From: Catajapyx aquilonaris
Taxonomy: Eukaryota
Assembly: GCA_000934665.2 (NCBI GenBank)
Contig: KZ538149.1
Location: 1-64,000, forward strand
DNA length: 64,000 nucleotides
Direction of reading: 5' to 3'
Made by a program: the position numbers and the translations under genes. The notes under the pieces are model-generated. The model searched no databases, was not told where the DNA came from, and saw only the letters and a program-made list of their open reading frames with translations. Shown piece by piece: positions 12,101 to 24,946 of the stretch. Positions within the stretch are counted from its first letter, which is position 1; each line of letters begins with the position of its first letter.

Positions 12101-14539
12101 ACTGCCGTACTTTTAAACAATTTACTTCAACTGGATTCTTTCTTGAAGTCCCCAGCAATGGAGTTGGGAACACTGAACTGGTACGTAAACTAATAATTTA
12201 GTCATAACCAGCGAACCTACACTTCGATTTTATAAAGGTTCCCAATGATATCACCTTTGTTAACATTGCATTGTGATAAATTGCGACTTACTTAGTAATA
12301 GTGATGACATGGGATCTGTGAAAAATCAGGGTATACTTGCTGTAATTTAATCACATCCCGTACGCCCTTCCCACTCGCTGCGCTTCTATATTCCCGCTAA
12401 CTTGTATGCGGTTGATAATAACAGTCCGTAAGGTATACAGTGCCATGCACTTTTATGTTTTAATCTGTGACATTATCTAGGAAAACCGCGCTCATGCGGG
12501 AAATTTCATTCAAATATCAGGGGACTACGTTGATGTCAAGGATAATTCGTTTATGCCGGAAGTGTAACTTATTAGTACGGCAGTGTCATTAGATCAAAGC
12601 AGGCAACTTAGTCCATTGCACTCGATACACCCCTCCCCCCCTCTCTGGATTCAAATTACAGTGCGCATCATGCCTCAGTTGTGCATGACTCGTTCTGAGG
12701 CTCTCCGCTACCCAATAAAAGTTAAGAATTTATTGTAAACCTTCCCTGGATAAGAACGGGAGCACTTATTCTATTTCAGATAGCCTCTACAATCCAGAAA
12801 TGACGTTTTTGCACATGCTTGGAATAACTACGACTCTTGCGTGATGGTTAGGCATGCACGCGATAATCCCGAAAGAAGCAGATCGTTCGCCGCACCACTC
12901 TTCCTCTTAGGCGGACAACTGTTTACAGAAGATGATGCCAGCACTCTCTTTATGCTCAAAGCTAGCGTAACACTGAGGTCTTCCCTGTCCAAGCCTCGGA
13001 AGAGAGCAGTCTGATAACACGAAAGGCAGACATTTATGCAAACAAGTTTCCCCACTACATCCGTTAGAACTCAAGAGTCCTCGATGAAATCTTAAGAGTC
13101 AACAATGAAGTTTTCTTCGAGGAAAAGGTTGCTGCTTAAATTAGAGTAAGGCTTCCGCTGAACAAGGGAGAATACAACTCGCATTCTCGGTATTCCGTCC
13201 TCTGGATAATTTATTTTTACCTCAAAGTGCGACTTTACCGACCAAAACGGCTCATGTCAAAATCAGCGATACATGCCTGATTTTAAAATGTTATAATTGG
13301 CCCGTGCATGCTATTATTAATGTCTGCAATATTCCCTCAAGTGTTCAAAATAATTATTATAAATGGCACCAAATGTAATTTGCTGCGGGTTTAAAAATAG
13401 CTGTAAAACTTGAATCGCTTTCATAGCTTGCCAAGCAGGCTTATGCGCCTGTGACTTCAAGCGGAATAGTGAAGGAGTTGATCCAGCCATTCTGCTTCTA
13501 TGACTTTCCGTAAGTAGAGTACTACCTACCGCTACACTATCAAGTTTCATACGGCAATTACATTGAACAAAATCCAGCCTCCATTTAATTAAGTCAACTT
13601 AAACCACGGAAAACGTATGAAGAGGTATAAAGCAACCCTTGAAGTCGGATTTCCTTCCCAAAAGTAATCAACTAAGCATACAGTACTGAGCCCAAACTTC
13701 CCGATTCTCTTAGCGGACTTCTCAGGTTTTGATGGGAAAGTCGGGGTGGACTTAATATTTCACCATTACAAAAATAGTGCAATATTGCTCTGGGGAATAT
13801 TAGAAAAAATCGCCAATAAATGCAGCAGTATTAGTAGTAGCAGTAGCTGTTGTAGTAGCAGCAGCAAAGCAGTTTTTAATATTCAAAAGAAACAAGAGTC
13901 GGCAGGAGAATATAGCTTATTTGGCTTTTACCACAGGATAGCTTATGCTGAAAAAATGGCGCTGTTGAAGAGTGTAACGATGCAAGAATTCTATACAAAA
14001 TCTTTGCATTTATTTAACCCGTTGTTCTACTCCAGCTAAATAAGTCAGTAGGAACAGAGTATTTAATATTTTTGCATTAAAACACGTCGCCGTTAAATTA
14101 AGAGTATACTAATGTTCCAAGCTAAATGATGTGGTTTACGTGGCCGTAAAAGTGGAAAATAAGCAATTTATACGCAGTCCTGCATGTAAAGGTTGGAATA
14201 AGGGGAAACGTTGTATTTTGCATTGCAATATAAATGGTTAACTGCGAAGTCCACAAAGTCCACATTATTGGGAGCAGGAAAACATGTCAACACATCGGGC
14301 AAATGCACCACATGCAGCTCCGGACACGAGATACGTATTGACTTCTGTGCCACGTCAATGAAAACAAGTGCACCTGCACTGAAATCATTATGGTAGAAAT
14401 GTAAATAGTGGAATGCTCATTCCCGAGGGATTTGGGAATCGCGCTTCTGTTGGTTCACCCTGCGGATACCACTGGCAAGAACAATGTGCGAAACACAAAA
14501 CTTGTCACAATACCACTGTTTTTTCGTCCCACTTGTAAA

Positions 14540-15260
14540 TGCTGATAACTCACAACCGGTCGGGTCAGAGAGCGACTCCAGCCTCCAAAATTTCTGATGG
14601 GAAAAGCTACCAACCACGCAGGATTCACCACCACCGTCCCAACCAATCAATAACCGTCGTTGGGGTGGGCCAGGGGAGGGGAGGGGGCGGGGGAGGGAGG
14701 GGGACAGAATTTTAATTGTCCTGCCTTCGCCCAGGTTACTCCCCGATGCCCCGTCCTACCTGGGCAATTGTGGCAAAGTGAAATTTGAGGGTAGATTGCA
14801 CTGAAGGGAAAAGAATCAACACGTTCCTGTATCGACCCGGAAGCCTGCACCGTTCCCGCCTAAACCTTGCAGTGAACAAAGGATAGCAAAGGCGGTGGGC
14901 TGCACGGCCTGGCCAAGCGGCGTCACCCAGGGTAGCGCGTGGCGTCACCCAGCCCACCCCCAGCCAGCGTCAGCATCACCTTGCGCACCCCCGCACTGTA
15001 ACCCATGTGACGGTCCAGGCGGCCAGGTTGAACTTGGGGGATCCAGACATTTACGATTGCCCCTAACCCCATCCCCTCCCATCCCACCCTCCCTCCCTCC
15101 CTCCCCTCCCTCCCTTTCTCTCCCGGAACACGGGGCTACCAGCCAATCGGAAAGCAGCTGGAGAGAGAAGGAGCATGGCAAATGGGAGAAAAGAGTCCCC
15201 GTTGGGGAGATGCGGGGGTGATGGAGGGGGAGGAGGGATTCAGCTGGATGGGGAGGCAAC
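14540..15260 (-). promoter_or_regulatory. Candidate promoter/TSS region of the nAChR gene
   Basis: GC-rich island with no recognisable TIR/TSD, CCAAT motifs (~14643, ~15143), G-run clusters (14661-14704, 15220-15256) and a C-rich tract (15060-15123). Position upstream of the acceptor fits. Inference only. Confidence 0.3.
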
Positions 15261-15801
15261 AACTTTCAAGATAGGGCAATGATTAAGACACTGGTGGCAT
15301 CAACAAAGGATGCTTTGCACTCCTTCCACTGTTATTCATGCTCGCACCTCTTCCGAGGTACAAAGGCATTAAGAGGCCTTCTCCAGGAGGATATCAGCAT
15401 TATTGTTTGCTAGGTTATGGTACACTTTGGATGGGTGAACAGTGCTTCCTTTTTTACAGCAGAGAGTACCGTATACATAATGCGTTTGGTCACACTGCTG
15501 TAGTCAATTTTAACTGCTGCAGGCAGAATAACTGGTTCAACTAGTTCATGTGACCAACGCGGGTGAGGGCTCAGTATCTTGGCTGGAAATAACCACCTAC
15601 TTCAACCCAGGACGTCCCACGAGCAAATTATTTACAATAAAAAACTCATAATTTTTGGCGCCAAAAGGATAAGTACGATTTAAACATCCATTGTTTAGAT
15701 TATTTTCCAGCTACACTTCATTCATTAATTATGGTGTAAGTTCTACTGGTGTAAGTGTACGCTACTGGCATTGCAACTGTTCGCTGACTCTAATGGACAT
15801 G

Positions 15802-16068
15802 GTTTGGTTTGGTTTATTCGGAAGAAGCCAAAGCAACTATGGCCATCTGGCTATAGAAGACGCAAAGGTGGGACAGATGGAGAGAGAAACGAAGAGGCAA
15901 AAAGAAGAGAGGAAAGACTGGTATCTCTCTAGTCTGTCTCCTATCCCAAAGACCTGTCCGGCTTGGGTGGCCCTACCAGTAGACGAAGCTACCGCCGGCA
16001 TAGCTCTTGGGGTCACGGGTGAAACGCAAACCCCACCACCACGATAAGGTGGAGATACCATTGCGGGG
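15802..16068 (-). mobile_element. Short non-autonomous retroelement: RTE/BovB-like 5'UTR head plus (AAACC)n tail
   Basis: Minus strand CCACCTTATCGTGGTGGTGGGGTTTGCG...GAGCTATGCCG...AGGGCCACCCAAGCCGGACAGGTC resembles recalled RTE/BovB 5' ends. Ends AATAAACCAAACCAAAC. TSD CTAATGGACATG/CTAATGGCGATG. Confidence 0.7.
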
Positions 16069-16566
16069 CTAATGGCGATGTAATTTTATGTTAATGCACT
16101 ACACTTACACTACACCGGCAGAAAACGATTAGTCTAATGAAAATGCCGTAATTGGGGATACGTGAATGAAAAACGGCGGCACGTATGTGACGATTTTCAA
16201 GAATAATATCCGGCGATCTACACCATGGGAACTGCCAAGCTACCTTCGAAGCCTTCTATGATGCATCATATGGGAACTTCCATCATATTTCTCCTTGGAT
16301 AATAAGCACCCATCAGCTTATCACCTACCCACCCCTCCCTCCAAGACTCAAACCCCTGCCCTGGGAGGAGTCGGATTGAGAGCATATGTCTACATGACTG
16401 GGGAATGACCAGGGGCAATTAGCCCCGGGGATTAAGAATGGAGCTATTGGCCATGGGTAAATGGAAGAACCAGACGGGCCAAAATGATACAGCAATATAA
16501 AAAACACAATCCGTCATATCATGACAGATGTGGGTCGGCGCTAAGCACAGGCATATTGCTGGTAAC

Positions 16567-17512
16567 CAGCGCCGCCGGCGAGTACGGGTCGCGGGGCCCG
16601 GAGCGAAATTCAGGCGCGGAGCCCCTTCAATCGGGGGTCAAAATTCAGCGGCCCCGCCGGGGTCAGTATAAATTTTCCATGACCTTTATCACAAGAACCC
16701 CCCGCGCGACTTTAAATAAATTTGCTGGTAATTGAAATTGTATAGGGGCCCCGCATCACTTGACCAGTTGGAAACTCGAAATTTATTTTTTTAAGGTTCT
16801 TGTTAATTGACGTCGAAAGTTCCATAACAATCGCACCTCTAAACAAGATTGGCAAATCACGTGAGAGTGATTAGAGTAGACTTTTCATGTTTACTGCTAT
16901 TGTCCCCAACGTCCGTCACGGGACTGGAACTGGAACTGAAACCACCCTTAACTCATTTTCGGCCAAAAGTGGACTTACCCTTTTCCCCCTCACTCTTCCT
17001 ACCCCCACCTCCTTCTACCCACAGACCGCCCCTTTCCCCTTTAAAAAATCTATCCATAGCAAACCCATCTTCGTTTAGACCTTTTCTCAGCCATCGAAAA
17101 AAAAAGTCTTATAGCACGGCTCTGTCCGTCAGTCCGTCAGTGGGCAGGTATAAGGCATCAGGGGGTAGGAGGAGGGATGGGGGAAAGGGTGATCTGGGGA
17201 GGGGGTGGTGTGGGAAAGGGGCTGTGGGGGTAGGGGGCAGCCAGGGGGAAGAGGCGGATAGAGTGAACCTGGAACCATAAAATCGAAAAAAAGTATTATA
17301 GCAAGGCTATGTCTGTCTGATACCTGTCCACAGACAGACAGACAGACATACATACAGAGCCGTTCTATAATACTTTTTCTCGAAAACGTCTAAAACGGTA
17401 CACATATGTAACACATGGTTGTTACAAACCCAAGAGGACCCCGCTGCGTGGGGCCCCATGGGGGCGGGGCCCGGGGCGGCCGCCCGCTCGCCCCCATCAC
17501 GAGTCGGCGCTG
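16567..17512. mobile_element. hAT MITE containing a nested element
   Basis: TIR CAGCGCCG/CGGCGCTG; TSD CTGGTAAC/CTGGTAAG. Confidence 0.8.
16841..17383 (-). mobile_element. Helentron/DINE-1-like non-autonomous element nested in the hAT MITE
   Basis: AAACAAG end, (GACA)n/GTCC microsatellites, repeated and inverted AAAAGTATTATAG motif (17097, 17284, 17366), terminal hairpin 17283-17383. Confidence 0.55.
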
Positions 17513-19054
17513 CTGGTAAGTGTACATAAACCTGTTCTACTGTCGGTCACCCGGTCATGATCTTGATTTCTTTGGGTTACTGCTGATGAAAACTTTACTC
17601 CCAGCCTTATAGATTACTTTTACTATAAGGACCAGAAGGAGGTAGTCGACTTGGCGCGAGAAGCTGTAGTGGGAGTGGTAAGTAGGAGTCAAGACCTCTC
17701 AGCTGTGTGTTGATGGATCTGTGCATAGGACAGCGCCTCTGCGACAGAGGTGTTGCAAGCTTCTCTGCTGAGACAGTGCATAAATGTTTTTAGATCGAGC
17801 TTTGGATAGTATCGTGACAGACAAGTAAAGATGTTTGATATGAATGTTCAAGAAAGCAATATCATACATGATGTGCCCTCATAGTACTGTAATGTACAGT
17901 ACACTATACGCGTATAGGATTTCCTTAACACCGTCAATAAAAATCCAGGTACAATTCCAGAAGACCGTATCAGTAAAATCTGGGCAAGAATCTGGGAAGT
18001 TAAACAGAGTTCTCACGTTCATCATCACAGACGAGCTTTTTTTCTACCCCGAAATAGGAAGTTTATGGATATTTGCGTGACTCAGGTTACTGCTAAATAC
18101 GATAGAATATAACACCTGTCATTTTGAAACGCATAATAATGTTTACTATCCTACTCACTAAGATGCAGATATGCGATTTTATTGTCCTTTTTTGGTCCAT
18201 TGCACTTGTGAGAACGTACCATTTACCTTCCATACCAAAATATTTCTGCAACACTAGGGTCACATTAAAGCTAGATCGGTGGCCGGGAGGAAAGAATGAT
18301 GCCTGGAACAGAATAATGACTCAAGAGAAGCAAGTTTCAGAAGTTCCCATAACTGCTCGCGAGTAGCAACATAAAAGTTCATCTAAGTTATTTGAAATTT
18401 CCTATACAACTGCATGAATCTTCAAACTTACTTTTAAAGTCACCTTTATTATATTTATAAGGTAGTAGTTTTTCTACGTGTCAGAATAATCTGAAGAAAC
18501 AATGTATATGACTTGGGGGAAATGAGCCTTCAAAATAACACAGGAAAAATTCATGTCCCAGTGGTGACTCATATTCTTAGCACAGTCAGCTGTAACTAGC
18601 CATTATTATTGTTTCGCCTTTCTATTTTTCTAGTTTAATATTATCAGACTGAGGTACTCTGTATTTGTGTGCAAAGCGTAATGAATCCTACTTATAATGA
18701 ATGTTTTAAACATGCATAAAATCTGACAGTGAGAACTACAAAAATCGGAACTTATCCATGTTCAAATGCATTCTGCATGGTAATATCAAAATGGGTCAGC
18801 GGTGCGATGTGAAAATGCAGCATGTAGCCTACTTGTGTACAGTATGTGACATAGTAAACATGCACTCTTTCAAATTAGGCGAGTACAGTACATTAGTTGC
18901 ACTTGGTACATGCACTGGTTGTTACCAAGTTTTTGTTGTAACTGAGCATAAAATAATATTGTAGTTATGTATACGTACGTACTCTACCAACACCCGCTTT
19001 GCCGGAGCAGTCCCCAATCCCATACCATCTTCTTCCCATACACATGAATAATCT

Positions 19055-19600
19055 ACAAGGTGTTTGGAAAATATTATTACAGCGTGAAACGACAAGTAAA
19101 GGACACTGTTCTAAATGAAAAAGTCCTATGCCATTTTGTCAGGACAATATTGCTGTTCAGGAGCTACATCTCTACGAAGTGTGGACAAAGTAGGAATTTT
19201 GGTAGTGAAGACTAGTGTCAAAAAGAATTACCCAGTAAGTGAGTAATGTCTGAAAAATGCCCCACTACCAATGTGATGCATGATTACGTATCTGTGTTCG
19301 TGGATATTCTCGTTCTCTTACGATCTTCTACTAAACGAGCAGCATGAAAAATATGCTTTATTAGTATGAAATGCCATACTAATAGGTAATCATAAGTCAA
19401 ACTGGGCCAGTGAGGTTTTCCTCTGTCTTAGCGCATATCGTCTGTGGACAAAGCACAGCTTACCAAAATCGCATTTTAGCACTTTTTTTGTCAAAATATA
19501 GAAATTAAAATACGATCAAATGCCAGAGAACCTGTCCACTCATAATGGTGTCTTTTACCTGTGGTTTTAAGCATAATTTGGCATATTTTCCGCACACCTT
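19055..19600. mobile_element. Degenerate Tc1/mariner-type MITE
   Basis: TACAAGGTGTTTGGAAAATA...TATTTTCCGCACACCTT; an internal GTGGACA/TGTCCAC pair is also inverted. Confidence 0.4.
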
Positions 19601-20154
19601 TCGTGAGAAAGTGTCCCTCTTTGAAAATATTCATTTCATTGCATTTTAAAAGTTACACGAGTCATTCAGTCGCATTCAGTCATTCCAAACCTGAGACTCT
19701 CACCTTCTGATTTATTTTACCTCAGTCCAAGCACGTATGTCAGTGCAACTTATAAAGTGGAGGAGATGATTGTTCAAGCCTTAATAAAATATCGAGGCAA
19801 AGTCGCCATCAGCTGCGTGTCTGGAAGTGGCAAACCCTTTCATTAGGTCCATCTGGCGAAATTCGAACGTCATAAGCCCGGCCAACTACAACAAAATCCC
19901 CCGTGATTTGGAGCTGGGCCTAGTCGCCGCCGCGCTGTCGGCTTTCCCAGGGCATCATGCAGCGAGATGGGTCTGGGCAATAAATGCATGTTGCACTGCA
20001 GACATAAACTCCACCCAGACCTCCTTCTGGAAACCAATGAGGCCACAGGCGAGAGTGGGGAAAGGGAAAGACAAGTTGACTTTCCCGAGATAGGTCGAAA
20101 ATGTCTGATTTGAACAGGTGCAGATGTAACTGTGAGGTCGCAATTTTCAATGAA

Positions 20155-20156
<2 letters not shown>

Positions 20157-20198
<42 letters not shown>
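20157..20198. repeat. (ATT)n microsatellite
   Basis: About 14 direct units. Confidence 0.95.
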
Positions 20199-20199
<1 letters not shown>

Positions 20200-20209
20200 C
20201 AATTTTATA

Positions 20210-20966
20210 ATAGTCTACTCGACGTATGTCTGTCTGATCCCGATGCAAATCCATACGGAGGCTTCGACGTATGCCCCAGGGGAATGATTAGGGGTAGTTT
20301 TTTACTGGGAAGGTCATAAGCACATTGGACTTGACCTCCGAGGTCATCCTTGGCCGCAGGAGGCGAAAAGGACATTGGGATTTTGGCCCGAGTTCTAATC
20401 ATGCGCCATGGGGGTGTAAACAACTCCTCTGTTGAGTTGCCGGGGAAACTGCCCATTCCTTCTCTGACGCCCGATGGGATCACATCGGCCTCTCCCCACT
20501 ACCACCTCCAGCCCCTCCATTCCATTCCCGCCAGCAAAGCCCCTGTCCCCCCCTCCACTGTTGTTCCACCCACCCCCACCATCCCCTGTCCCCTTTCGAA
20601 TTTCACATTCAAAACAAATCAATAAGAAGAGGTGGGACAATAGTAGACCATGTCCAAGGTCAGAAAGGTGGAGTTGTTTTTTTTCTTGACGCACCAGGAG
20701 GAACTGGAGGAGCAGTCAGACTCCAGCTTGCGGTGCGATCAGATCGCACATTACATCCTTCCCCTCATGAGCTCTGAACTGAACAGGTGGGGTCGAATTC
20801 TGTACATAGTGGTTGGTTTAACGTCATCCCCAAGTGTTATACCATTTCTACGTGGTGTCTGTACTTTGTTCACTGTTTTGGACTCACATTGGTTGTACTT
20901 TGTTCCAATTTCGAGTTTAACCATTGTTGCCTTGGTTGCGAGACTGTTGATGTAGTTAGGGGATGA
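20210..20966 (+). mobile_element. Helitron-like repeat family B, copy 1
   Basis: Near-identical to 38766-39225 over two blocks, with ~300 extra nt at ~20520-20830. Confidence 0.6.
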
Positions 20967-20990
20967 CTCCCAAAGAGTTCTGCCATAAGG

Positions 20991-22262
20991 ATGTGAGTTT
21001 GTTTGTCCCTTATAGAAATCCAGGGGAAGCCCCTACACCGCCTTAAACTAGCTCATCGGGAATTACATGTTTCGAGGAATTTAACGCCGCATGTTTCAGC
21101 TCCCGAAAATGAACGTAACTCCCACAACACGAATCTTCTCACTACTCGGGCCTGAACAATTAACATCATGATATCAACATCAATAACAATATAGGAACTA
21201 TATTACTCTTTTCCAAGTTTGCAATCCCATGGAAATGCCGGCCTTATGCAACAATACCTAGCAAATTAAACCATCATTATTTTGCATTGCATCTATACTG
21301 TATATCTTGCGCCTCTCTTTTTTACACGTCCCATCGCCGTAAATTCAACGCATCCGCCAATTACTCTATTTGGACACCTCACGTGAGTTCGTACGAGGTA
21401 TAGTGTCATTCCGGGATTTTGTGGGATTTGAAAGTATATAATCCACTTATTCATATTTAAAAATTTGTGTCGCGGTCAGACTTTTCACGCAGCATTTGAG
21501 GTGGCGCGATACCTTTTTGTGAACCAGCCTTGCCATATTTAATCAGGACGACCTTAGGAATGGACGTCATTATTTCGTCAATTGCTGACGTCTAATTTCC
21601 GTCCATGGTCATTATTTCGTCAATTGCTGACGTCTAATTGCCGTCCATGGCCATTATTTCGTCAATTGATGACGTCTAATTTCCGTCCATGACGGACGTC
21701 GTAATGACGTCTTTTTTGTGTCATAATGACCAAAAAAGACGTCATTCCTTTACGTCAATATGACGAATGTCACGTCCAAAAAATGACGTCACACTGACGA
21801 CACCTTGTTGCCTGGGTAGACTTCCAGACACAAAAACAGTATTTCCAAAAATTATTCCGTGTTGAAAACAACATTACCCACCATGCGTCTGTACGTAAAT
21901 TTCTAAACTTCTTCAGGGCAAACATATGGAACGAGGTGGGGGTGTGAGGTGGGGTTAAAAATTCTGGGGAAAAAACACATGGCTGTGCAGTCTTTTCCTT
22001 ATCCAACTCTATCCGCATTCCTCTTTTTACACATCCAATCAGCATATCTGCGTCGACTACGCTATAACCGAAGCAGGTAATCTATCTCAGAAAGTGACTA
22101 ACTTTGGCTTATTGAAAATTATTGAAAATAAGGCCTGTTTTAAGGTATATCGAGTTTTGAGGGTATGGTACGCAAATTTTACAAACAAACTTCCTAAAAT
22201 ATATGTACCCCTGCCTTCACCAGCACCCCAACATACCTGGGCATCGCCGGGTAACCTGCCAG
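20991..22262 (+). mobile_element. Helitron family A, long composite copy
   Basis: 5' block matches 54270-54430. 3' end ACATACCTGGGCATCGCCGGGTAACCTGCCAG|T matches 54515-54546. Confidence 0.65.
21545..21816. repeat. GACGTC-rich element end with 3 x 42-bp tandem units (21568-21691)
   Basis: Unit CATTATTTCGTCAATTGCTGACGTCTAATTTCCGTCCATGGT; terminus TGTTGCCTGGG|TA. Confidence 0.75.
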
Positions 22263-23537
22263 TTATTTAATATAGTTAAGAGCTGAAATCTCAACATTTT
22301 ATTGCGGGATTTTGAGATACCAGTATTAGTTAATGCGTTGTTTTCATGGTTGCTTAGCGTTTCTCTCCTTCAAATCTGTGCAATGATGCAATACTTTAAT
22401 AGTGCTTATTAGCTCAAGCATTCTTTTTCACGGGATGATACAAATACGTTATTTTCTCATAACTATCAATATATGTAAATAAAACAAAAGTTACATACAG
22501 TCCGTGGAATGATAAAGCAGACAATATGTAGCAATATTACCATACTGTACGTGCGCATTCCGTTAATTTAGACTTCATGCTCGCCAAAAATTCACTTCAT
22601 TTCGGCGGTGTCATAAAGCAGGCCGTTCGTTCCGTAATGTATCGTATCATTGATAAAATGCATTTATGAATCAGCTGTCTCTCAGAGATGTGCACTAAAA
22701 TCGATCTGGTGGGCATAACAGTGACAATGCAACAAAAAGTTTCTTTGTGGCTCAGCTTGACAGCATAAATTGCAGTTTTGTGTGGAATACACCTTTGTGA
22801 CTGCATAATGTAGTCTACTTGCCCCTCTCTTCCTCATTGTGACAGTATCAATATTGTTACGATTTTGCCTGAAAGAGTTAATTTCGTAAGCATGTCTACT
22901 GCAATACCCAGTATGCTATGATGAGCACAATCAACCGTAAAACCTCCTTTGTTCTATACTCATTAGCGTCTCCAAATTATGTCAAAGTGTAAGGTACACC
23001 TACTGCTGGTTTGAATATACAAACGCTTGCCTACATAGACAGCGTAGAGAATGTAGAATCATGTATGAATTTACGATTTTATTACTTGAGCAATAAAAGA
23101 CCCTCCTTTGCAAAATTATTATATGCTTGTTTTCTGCTTTTGTATACCTCATAGAGTGCATCGGCCTTTGAAAGCAGGAACGGCGCATATTCATGAAAGC
23201 CAATGGTAATCCTACCTGAGACCCTGTTATACAGACTCCTCTATCATTGTGTTCAAAGATTTACTCGGCTGGTAGCTTGCAAAATTAATCCGGTAAAAGG
23301 AAACCAGCACATAATTTTATTGCCATTGCTTGAATATATTGTTTGTCTCCTCTCTTACAATCACCGTATAATCACTGCTACAGTATCAAAAATGCAATAA
23401 CCATGAGAGTATAAAAAGTGTTTCACGAATTTGTTCTCTAAAGAGGACCGCATATTTTGACATGATGGTACATACGAGTATCTTAGCTACTACTGAACAT
23501 TATGTCGATCCAAGCATTTTTAAAGCCGAAGGCAGCA

Positions 23538-23538
<1 letters not shown>

Positions 23539-23617
<79 letters not shown>

Positions 23618-23950
23618 CCGGGTAGTGCTAGACCGTATCAGGTGTGGAGCACGGACCTTTATTATATTGAAGTACAATGCAGTACAATGCTGGAACCTTG
23701 AGCGAATCGCCCGGGCCCACGGGCAGGATGACATGAGGGGGATGTGCAGGGTGCAGTGCAATGTCTTTAACGTGGCCATTTTTAGTGAACTCCCCCGGGT
23801 GGTTTAGTCTGTTGGAAATACCACCCGAGACGAAGCCAGAGGTGACCCTGAACTCTGCACGAGATGAAGGGGGTGTCCCCGGGTTGGGATCGAACCAGGG
23901 ACCTTAACATCCGTGGGCGCATACGTTACCGCAGCACCACTCCGCCTCCC
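23539..23950 (-). mobile_element. tRNA-derived SINE family A with long (ATT)n tail
   Basis: Minus head GGGAGGCGGAGTGGTGCTGCGGT (A box) and GGTTCGATCCC (B box); tail seen as (AAT)~26 at 23539-23617. Confidence 0.9.
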
Positions 23951-24218
23951 TGCATTTTAAGGTAAAAAAGTACTTCATTTGTATCACTGATCAACAAAAT
24001 TAAAATATTTGCGGCACATGTATATACATATGTGTGATTCTTATTGTACGCTTATTGGTATTATTTGTACTGATTTCAAATGTGTTCACCGATATCTTCT
24101 ATCACCTTTAGTTTTTAAGTAATATCGGCATTTTTATGATATCAAAAAGCCTCTCTTAATGTAGGCTTGAGTCATACACTTTGAAATAAATTTGTGAGTA
24201 AGTAATAACTAATATATA

Positions 24219-24506
24219 CTCTCTAAAAAATAGAGTTAAAAAAACTCAATAAGAGCTAAATTAACTCTTTTAAACCTTGAAAGTGGTCATTACCAAAAAT
24301 GAGTTATAATAACTCTTTCGCTGGAGTTAAAACAACTCTTTTAGTTCATTTCATCCTCCGAAAGAGTTATTAATTCACTCTTTCGAAGGATGAAATGAAC
24401 TAAAACAGTTGTTTTAACTCCAGAAAAGAGTTATTATAACTCATTTTTGGTAATGACCACTTTCAAGGTTTAAAAGAGTTAATTTAACTCTTATTTTTTT
24501 AGAGAG
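24219..24506. mobile_element. Near-perfect ~290-bp palindromic MITE (copy 1)
   Basis: TA|CTCTCTAAAAAA...TTTTTTAGAGAG|TA with reiterated AACTC/GAGTT motifs. Confidence 0.9.
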
Positions 24507-24946
24507 TAGGGCCTATAGTATGGGCTTGGTATGGATTAGTTATGATGCCCCCATTGTAGATATATTAAAATCCTCATATGGAATAATTTTTACAAAAATA
24601 TGCATAAGGTGACAATGAGCAATGTTCAGTGATTCTAGAAAACAAGGTACACCTGCTACAAGAAAAGGGATGCCGATATTAAAATTCTGACTTCATGTTC
24701 ACAATCAGCGCCTTCTAATACATGAGAGACACCAAAAACAGTGCCTCAATCAAAACCCAATGTTGCCCAATAAATTAAGTATATTGACCTATGCAAAATA
24801 GGCCTACTCTCGGGAGAGTAAGGCCTGTTACAAGAAAATGGATACCGATATAGAAATACTTTGACTTCGAATTCAAACTCAGCGCATACTAATACATAAG
24901 AAAAAGTGAAAATGGCTCATTCAACAAAATCATTGTTGACCATATA

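Noticed and set aside
21568..21691. CRISPR-like array
   Set aside because: Three head-to-tail 42-mers without spacers; looks like a TE subterminal repeat.
23462..23807. Poly-N and poly-I ORFs (also 19870-20319, 32158-32376)
   Set aside because: Translations of (AAT)n microsatellites or SINE tails.
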